Part shown: positions 16,713 to 20,000 of the stretch, in pieces
Layout of the letters: each line of letters opens with the position of its first letter
How positions within the stretch are numbered: the stretch's first letter is position 1
Source of the DNA: Anaerolineae bacterium
GTDB lineage: Bacteria; Chloroflexota; Anaerolineae; B4-G1; DUEL01
Length of the DNA stretch: 20,000 nt
Reading direction: 5' to 3'
Assembly: GCA_041082215.1 (NCBI GenBank)
Contig: JBDOIF010000093.1
Location: 120,209 to 140,208 of the forward strand
The notes under the pieces: model-generated
What the model was told of the DNA's origin: nothing
The model's database searches: none
Seen by the model: the letters and a program-made list of their open reading frames with translations, nothing else
Made by a program: the position numbers and the translations under genes

Positions 16713-17009
16713 ATGCCCGCACTGCGAAAGGCAAGCCTGCGGGAGCTGGCGTCGGCAGCCTACGAACTGAACGCCGGGGTGGTGGAGGGACAGCTCCACC
16801 GCAACCCCGAAGACGGCCGGTGGATGGTCGGCGACACGCCGCTGAACACCTGGCTGGAGCGGTTCGCCGATCAGGAAGTGTACCTGATCGTCGCCTCGCT
16901 GGAGGACGACCGGCCGCTGCCCAGTAAGGTGTGCCGCACCTGCGGCACCGAATATGTGGGGGCGGAATGCCCCCGCTGCCGCACCGTCCGCCAGCGCCTG
17001 AGGGGATAA
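16713..17009 (+). CDS. hypothetical protein (98 aa) with C-terminal C4 zinc finger
   Basis: RBS GAGGGGG, GC3-rich codons, CRTCG-x6-CPRC. Confidence 0.8.
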   Translation: MPALRKASLRELASAAYELNAGVVEGQLHRNPEDGRWMVGDTPLNTWLERFADQEVYLIVASLEDDRPLPSKVCRTCGTEYVGAECPRCRTVRQRLRG

Positions 17010-17013
17010 ATGT

Positions 17014-17037
17014 GTAGGACAGGCTTTCAGCCTGTCC
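17014..17037. repeat. GTAG-type REP-like hairpin / possible bidirectional terminator
   Basis: GTA-GGACAGGCT-TTC-AGCCTGTCC, a 9-bp stem lying between the convergent Zn-finger gene and tRNA-Sec. Confidence 0.65.
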
Positions 17038-17045
17038 GATATAGG

Positions 17046-17141
17046 CGGGAGTGGATGGGAGTCGAACCCACCTCGGCCCGCTCTGTGCGGCCCGACACCG
17101 ATTTTGAAGACCGGGGGGCCCACCGGGACCCAACCACCCCC
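17046..17141 (-). tRNA. selC: tRNA-Sec (anticodon UCA)
   Basis: 8-bp acceptor GGGGGTGG/CCACTCCC, 6-bp D stem with 4-nt loop, anticodon arm CCGGT-CTTCAAA-ATCGG, long variable arm, T arm GTGGG-TTCGACT-CCCAT, discriminator G followed by CCT. Confidence 0.96.
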
Positions 17142-17151
17142 GCGCATTGTT

Positions 17152-17180
17152 AGGATACCTCAGTTTGGCGTTTCCGTCAA
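17152..17180 (-). promoter_or_regulatory. sigma70-type promoter of selC
   Basis: TTGACG (17175-17180), 17-bp spacer, TATCCT (17152-17157), 10 nt upstream of the tRNA 5' end. Confidence 0.75.
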
Positions 17181-17191
17181 GTAGGTGGAGC

Positions 17192-19363
17192 ATGAACAAC
17201 CGCCCTTTTAGCAACGCTAGCCTGAAGGAGAAGGCCGCCGTGGTCCGCTTCCGGGTGGGAGAGGCCGCCCACACCCTCCGCCTGGAGATCCCCGACCGCC
17301 CCGTCCGTGCCCACGGCCTGGAGACGGTGTGGCGATGGCAGGAAAGCGCCGGGGAGACCACCGCATGGGTGGAGCTGCATAACGAGGGAGACGCTCCCCT
17401 CTACCTGGAGACGGTGGACGTCCTCACCGCCACCCCGCCGGACCTGGGTGCACCTCCCCAGCAATGGTCGTTCTACCAGAACGGCTGGATCTCCTGGACC
17501 CCCGCCTTCGCCCGTCACGCGGACGACGGCCTCTACACCGACCCTGGCACGGAGAGCTATCGGATGACGCACCAGCCCCACCCCCAGGAGGAAGGGGAGA
17601 TCGCCTCGGAGTGGATAAGCGTGCTGGCAGCCAGCCGCTCGTTGCTTATGGGGTTCATCACGACAGCCGACCAACTGACCGAGGTCCGGATGCGCCGGGA
17701 CGGCTCCGCCCTCGTCGCCCGCTGCTACTTCGACGGCGCGCTCCTGCCCCCCGGCGGGTCAGCCCGCTCGGAGCGGCTGCTCCTGCGGACCGGGCCGGAC
17801 CCGCTGGCGCTGCTGGAGCTGTGGGCGGAGAGGGCTGGGGAGGAGATGGGGGCCCGTAGGGGCACAACCCTTCGTCCCCCCACCGGCTGGTGTACCTGGT
17901 ACATATACTACGGGGAAAACACAGCGGACGACGTCCTTGCCAATCTGGAGGCCATCGCCCGCCACAACCTGCCCCTGGAGGTGATCCTCCTGGACGACGG
18001 CTATCAGACCGCGATCGGGGATTGGTTCTCGCTCGACCCGGATAAGTTCCCTGAGGGGATGGAGCCGGTGATGGAGGCAATCCGCGCTGCGGGCCATCGT
18101 CCGGGCATCTGGACCGCCCCCTTTGGCGCGGCGGCCGACTCCCGGCTCTTCACCGACCACCCCGACTGGTTCCTCCACGACGAGGCGGGAGAGCCAGTGG
18201 TGGGATGGGTCCACTGGGGGACGGAATGCTATGCCCTGGACTGCACCCATCCGCAGGCGCTGGCCTGGCTGGGGGAGACCTTCCGTCGGATGCGGGAGTC
18301 ATGGGGGGTGTGGCTCTTCAAGATTGACTTCATTTTCGCCGCGGCACGCCCCGGCCGCCGATACGACCCCACCTCGACGCGAGCCCAGGCCCTGCGGCGG
18401 GGGGTGGCGGCGATCCGGGAGGCCATCGGCGACGACGCTTTCCTCCTGGGCTGCGGCGCCCCCCTGGGGCCGTGCATCGGGCTGGTGGACGGGATGCGGG
18501 TGGGGCCGGATGTGGACCCCAACTGGCACCCCGTCTGGCGCAACGACCTCTCGATGCCCTCTGCCGAAAACGCCCTTCGCAATTCGATCGCCCGCGCCCC
18601 CTTCCACAACCGGCTCTGGCTGAACGACCCGGACTGCCTGCTGGTCCGCCAGCGGGGTACGGATATGGACCTGGTGCTGAACGAGATGCGGACCCTCTCG
18701 GCGGCGGTCGCGCTTCTGGGCGGGCTGACGCTGGATTCGGACGACCTGACGGCCATCCGGCCCGGCCGGCTCAAGTACCTCCGCCAGACCCTCCCCCCCA
18801 TGGGGCTTTCCGCCCGGCCAGTGGACCTGTTCGAGAACGAGATGCCGCGCCTGCTGGCCCTGCCGGTGGAGCGGGAGTGGGGCCGCTGGTGGGTGGTGGG
18901 GGTGATCAACTGGGAGGACCGGACCACTGAGACGACGGTCCGCCTGAGCGAGCTGGGCCTCCCATCAGGCCGGTATCACGTCTACAACTACTGGCGCCGC
19001 CGCTACCTGGGGGTGGTGGAGGAGACGGTCACCATCCGCCGCCACCAGCCTCACGAAACCGCCGTTCTCATTCTCAAGCCTGCCTCGGAAAAGCCCGATC
19101 TGCTGGCGACGACGTTCCACGTCTGCGCGGGGGCGGTGGAGGTGGAGAGGATCGAGTGCCAGACGTCAGGCATGAGAATGGTGCTCAACAAGGCGGGACA
19201 GCAGTTCGGGGAGGTGCTGTTCACCGTACCAGAAGGGTGGCGTCCGGCCGGGGCACGGGTGGACGGGGTGCGGCAGGAGCTGCGGCAGGTGGCCCACGGC
19301 GTCGTCGCGTTGGGGTTTACACTGGAAGGGCGAGCAGAGGTAGAGGTAGAGTTTGAACAATAA
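17192..19363 (+). CDS. glycoside hydrolase family 36 (alpha-galactosidase-like)
   Basis: NGWISW, PTGWCTWY, LLDDGYQ, KFPEG, GIWTAPF, LDCTHP, FKIDF (nucleophile Asp), GCGAP, MRVGPD (acid/base Asp), WLNDPD; RBS AGGTGGAG before ATG 17192. Confidence 0.92.
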   Translation: MNNRPFSNASLKEKAAVVRFRVGEAAHTLRLEIPDRPVRAHGLETVWRWQESAGETTAWVELHNEGDAPLYLETVDVLTATPPDLGAPPQQWSFYQNGWISWTPAFARHADDGLYTDPGTESYRMTHQPHPQEEGEIASEWISVLAASRSLLMGFITTADQLTEVRMRRDGSALVARCYFDGALLPPGGSARSERLLLRTGPDPLALLELWAERAGEEMGARRGTTLRPPTGWCTWYIYYGENTADDVLANLEAIARHNLPLEVILLDDGYQTAIGDWFSLDPDKFPEGMEPVMEAIRAAGHRPGIWTAPFGAAADSRLFTDHPDWFLHDEAGEPVVGWVHWGTECYALDCTHPQALAWLGETFRRMRESWGVWLFKIDFIFAAARPGRRYDPTSTRAQALRRGVAAIREAIGDDAFLLGCGAPLGPCIGLVDGMRVGPDVDPNWHPVWRNDLSMPSAENALRNSIARAPFHNRLWLNDPDCLLVRQRGTDMDLVLNEMRTLSAAVALLGGLTLDSDDLTAIRPGRLKYLRQTLPPMGLSARPVDLFENEMPRLLALPVEREWGRWWVVGVINWEDRTTETTVRLSELGLPSGRYHVYNYWRRRYLGVVEETVTIRRHQPHETAVLILKPASEKPDLLATTFHVCAGAVEVERIECQTSGMRMVLNKAGQQFGEVLFTVPEGWRPAGARVDGVRQELRQVAHGVVALGFTLEGRAEVEVEFEQ

Positions 19364-19396
19364 GGTCATAAACAAACCGCTTTGTTGAGGAAAACA

Positions 19397-20000
19397 ATGA
19401 CGCCGGAATCCAACGTTGCTCATCGTGGTCGCCGGTCCATTCGGCTGCGGGGATGGGATTATCGGGATCGAGGGGCATATTTCGTGACCATTGTCACACA
19501 CGATCGGCAATTCTTGTTTGGCGAGGTGGTCAATGGCGAAATGGTTTTGTCCGATTTTGGCCAGATTGTCGTTGAGGAATGGAAACGGACGGCGGAATTG
19601 CGCCCATACGTCCGGTTGGACGCGTTTGTGGTGATGCCCAACCACATCCACGGCATCATCTGGATTGTGGGCGATATACCCCGTAGGGGCGACCTGCAGG
19701 TCGCCCCTGCGGTGTTCGACCGGCAGGTCGCCCCTACGGTGGACGACCGGCAGGTCGCCCCTGCGATGTGCGACCGGCAGGTCGCCCCTGCGGTGGACGA
19801 CCGGCAGGTCGCCCCTGCGCTGTGCGCCCGGCAGGTCGCCCCTGCGATGGGCGACCTGCAGGTCGCCCCTACGGTGGACGACCGGCAGGTCGCCCCTACG
19901 GTGGACGACCGGCAGGTCGCCCCTGCGGTGGACGACCGGCAGGTCGCCCCTGCGGTGGACGACCGGCAGGTCGCCCCTGCGGTGGACGACCGGCAGGTCG
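19397..20000 (+). mobile_element. REP-associated tyrosine transposase (RAYT, Y1 HUH / IS200-like), 3' end beyond window
   Basis: Manual translation: MTPESNVAHRGRRSIRLRGWDYRDRGAYFVTIVTHDR..LFG...LDAFVVMPNHIHGIIWI, then in-frame repeats; the frame stays open to the window end. Confidence 0.93.
19683..20000 (+). repeat. REP palindrome plus 27-bp tandem array (11 full units + 1 partial) inside the RAYT ORF
   Basis: GTAGGGGCGACCTGCAGGTCGCCCCTGC (19683-19710); units of consensus GACCGGCAGGTCGCCCCTRCGGTGGAC start at 19691 and recur every 27 nt to 19988. Confidence 0.97.

Noticed and set aside
16513..17361. 282-aa and 151-aa minus-strand ORFs across the tRNA
   Set aside because: They overlap tRNA-Sec, rnz and the Zn-finger gene and have no protein-like features.
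1..19363. Selenoprotein genes (in-frame UGA) suggested by selC
   Set aside because: The recognised genes read through without internal UGA; the redox motifs use Cys (WCPPC, CPTRY).
17046..19396. Genomic island integrated at selC
   Set aside because: No integrase or duplicated tRNA 3' end was seen, and the flanking genes have host-like composition.
19166..19659. Minus-strand ORFs of 161 and 66 aa
   Set aside because: Antisense to the RAYT and to the GH36 C-terminus.
19683..20000. CRISPR array
   Set aside because: The period is only 27 bp with no unique spacers, the array lies in frame inside a transposase ORF, and there are no cas genes in the window.

Overview
High-GC bacterial chromosomal window; gene content and short intergenic repeats suggest Chloroflexota/Anaerolineae, which is an inference. 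The left half is a minus-strand run: ccmE (CxxxY type), a ccmF::ccmG fusion, a Zn-ribbon membrane protein, a membrane-anchored beta-sandwich protein, ccmA, ccmB, ccmC and ccmD. It continues into a GAF histidine kinase and an OmpR-family regulator, then a promoter with 11-bp-period boxes ahead of a hypothetical gene and glutamate dehydrogenase (cut by the window edge). The right half is on the plus strand: iorAB, a divergent homoserine-dehydrogenase-like gene, and rtcA-rnz-Zn-finger gene under their own promoter. These are followed by a convergent tRNA-Sec lacking an encoded CCA, a GH36 alpha-galactosidase and a REP-associated tyrosine transposase (RAYT). Main leads: (1) the RAYT ORF holds an in-frame array of at least 11 REP-derived 27-bp units just after its HUH motif; (2) rtcA is coupled to RNase Z with no adjacent rtcB, a possible tRNA 3'-end repair module; (3) the System I*-like ccm operon has a CcmF-thioredoxin fusion, no ccmH and two uncharacterised genes.
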